Source: Squalus acanthias (taxonomy: Eukaryota). Taken from it: a DNA stretch of 64,000 nt. Below are positions 63,064 through 64,000 of this stretch, in pieces. The stretch is taken from the NCBI GenBank assembly GCA_030390025.1, contig JASTWF010000354.1, forward strand, positions 124,001 through 188,000, read 5' to 3'. Numbering within the stretch: the stretch's first letter is position 1; the number at the start of each line of letters is the position of its first letter. The notes below the pieces were generated by a model, which saw nothing but the letters and a program-made list of their open reading frames with translations, did not search any database and was not told where the DNA came from. A program made the translations under genes and the position numbers.

Positions 63064-64000
63064 TACAATTATATCAGAATACAATTATATCACGCTACAA
63101 TTATATCACAATACAATTATATCACACTACAATTATATCACGCTACAATTATATCACAATACAATTATATCACACTACAATTATATCACACTACAATTAT
63201 ATCAAAATACAATTATATCACACTACAATTATATCACACTACAATTATATCACACTACAATTATATAACATTAAATTATATCACACTGCAATTATATCAC
63301 ACTACAATATCACACTGCAATTAGATCACACTGCAATTATATCACGATACAATTATATCACAATGCCATTATATCACACTACAATTATATCACTCTACAA
63401 TTATATCACAATACAATTATATCACACTGCAATTATATCACGCTTCAATTATATCACGCTACAATTATATCACACCGCAATTATATCACACTGCAATTAT
63501 ATCACTCTACAATTATATTACAATACAATTATATCACAATACAATTATATCACACAACAATTATATCACAATACAATTATCCAACACTGCAATTATATCA
63601 CAATACAATTATATCACACTACAATTATATCACAATACAATTACATCACACTACAATTATATCACACTACAATTATATCACAATACAATTATATCACACT
63701 ACAATTATATCACAATTCAGTTATATCACACAGCAATTTTATCGCAATACAATTATATCACAATACAATTATAACACACTGCAATTATATCACACTACAA
63801 TTATATCACACTACAATTATATCACAATACAATTATATCACACTGCAATTATAACACACTGCAATTGTATCACAATACAATTATATCACAATACAATTAT
63901 ATCACACTACAATTACATCACACTACAATTATATCACACTGCAATTGTATCACACTGCAATTGTATCACAATACAATTATATCACACTACAATTATGTCA
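63064..64000. repeat. 16-bp tandem satellite, right block
   Basis: Same monomer; runs off the window end. Confidence 0.99.

Noticed and set aside
58373..63268. Alternative-frame, antisense and chimeric ORFs around the PLEs, including the MYSDII start of the 254-aa ORFs
   Set aside because: The starts derive from satellite or from shadow frames. Only the GIY-YIG frame inside the element has protein motifs.
275..63854. Dozens of long + strand ORFs (up to 650 aa) of ISHCNYITLQLYHTAI repeats
   Set aside because: The 16-bp monomer has no stop codon on the + strand, and three monomers cycle through all frames. Every frame therefore gives the same 16-aa repeat, with overlapping ORFs and mostly non-ATG starts. 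This is a satellite artefact with no sign of coding constraint.
1..64000. TATAAT on the - strand of every monomer (bacterial -10 or TATA-like)
   Set aside because: A chance AT-rich hexamer within the repeat, with no promoter context.
1..64000. Telomeric repeat array
   Set aside because: There are no TTAGGG-type units. The strand asymmetry is only superficially telomere-like.

Overview
This is eukaryotic heterochromatin-type DNA, probably from a cartilaginous fish judging by the retroelement 3' ends. About 91% of the window is one head-to-tail 16-bp satellite, CAATTATATCAC(ACTG/ACTA/AATA), built into nested higher-order duplications of about 0.46-9.6 kb. The long + strand ORFs are artefacts of this stop-free repeat. 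Three retroelement insertions, all on the - strand, interrupt the array. (1) A 5'-truncated CR1-clade LINE at about 33564-36855 carries the C-terminus of an SGNH-esterase ORF1, an APE-endonuclease/RT ORF2 with one nonsense and one frameshift lesion, a 3' stem-loop, a (CTATGTAT)3 tail and an ATTATA target-site duplication. (2,3) Two near-identical 5'-truncated Penelope-like elements at 58570-59661 and 61971-63063 each carry a GIY-YIG endonuclease region and a minimal hammerhead ribozyme; they were copied by a 3.4-kb satellite duplication. The most interesting signal is at the CR1 ORF1/ORF2 junction: a U_UUA_AAC slippery heptamer directly before the ORF1 stop, in the phase that shifts -1 into an ORF2 with no AUG before the end of its endonuclease domain. 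This suggests programmed -1 ribosomal frameshifting. No host genes, tRNA/rRNA genes or CRISPR arrays are supported.
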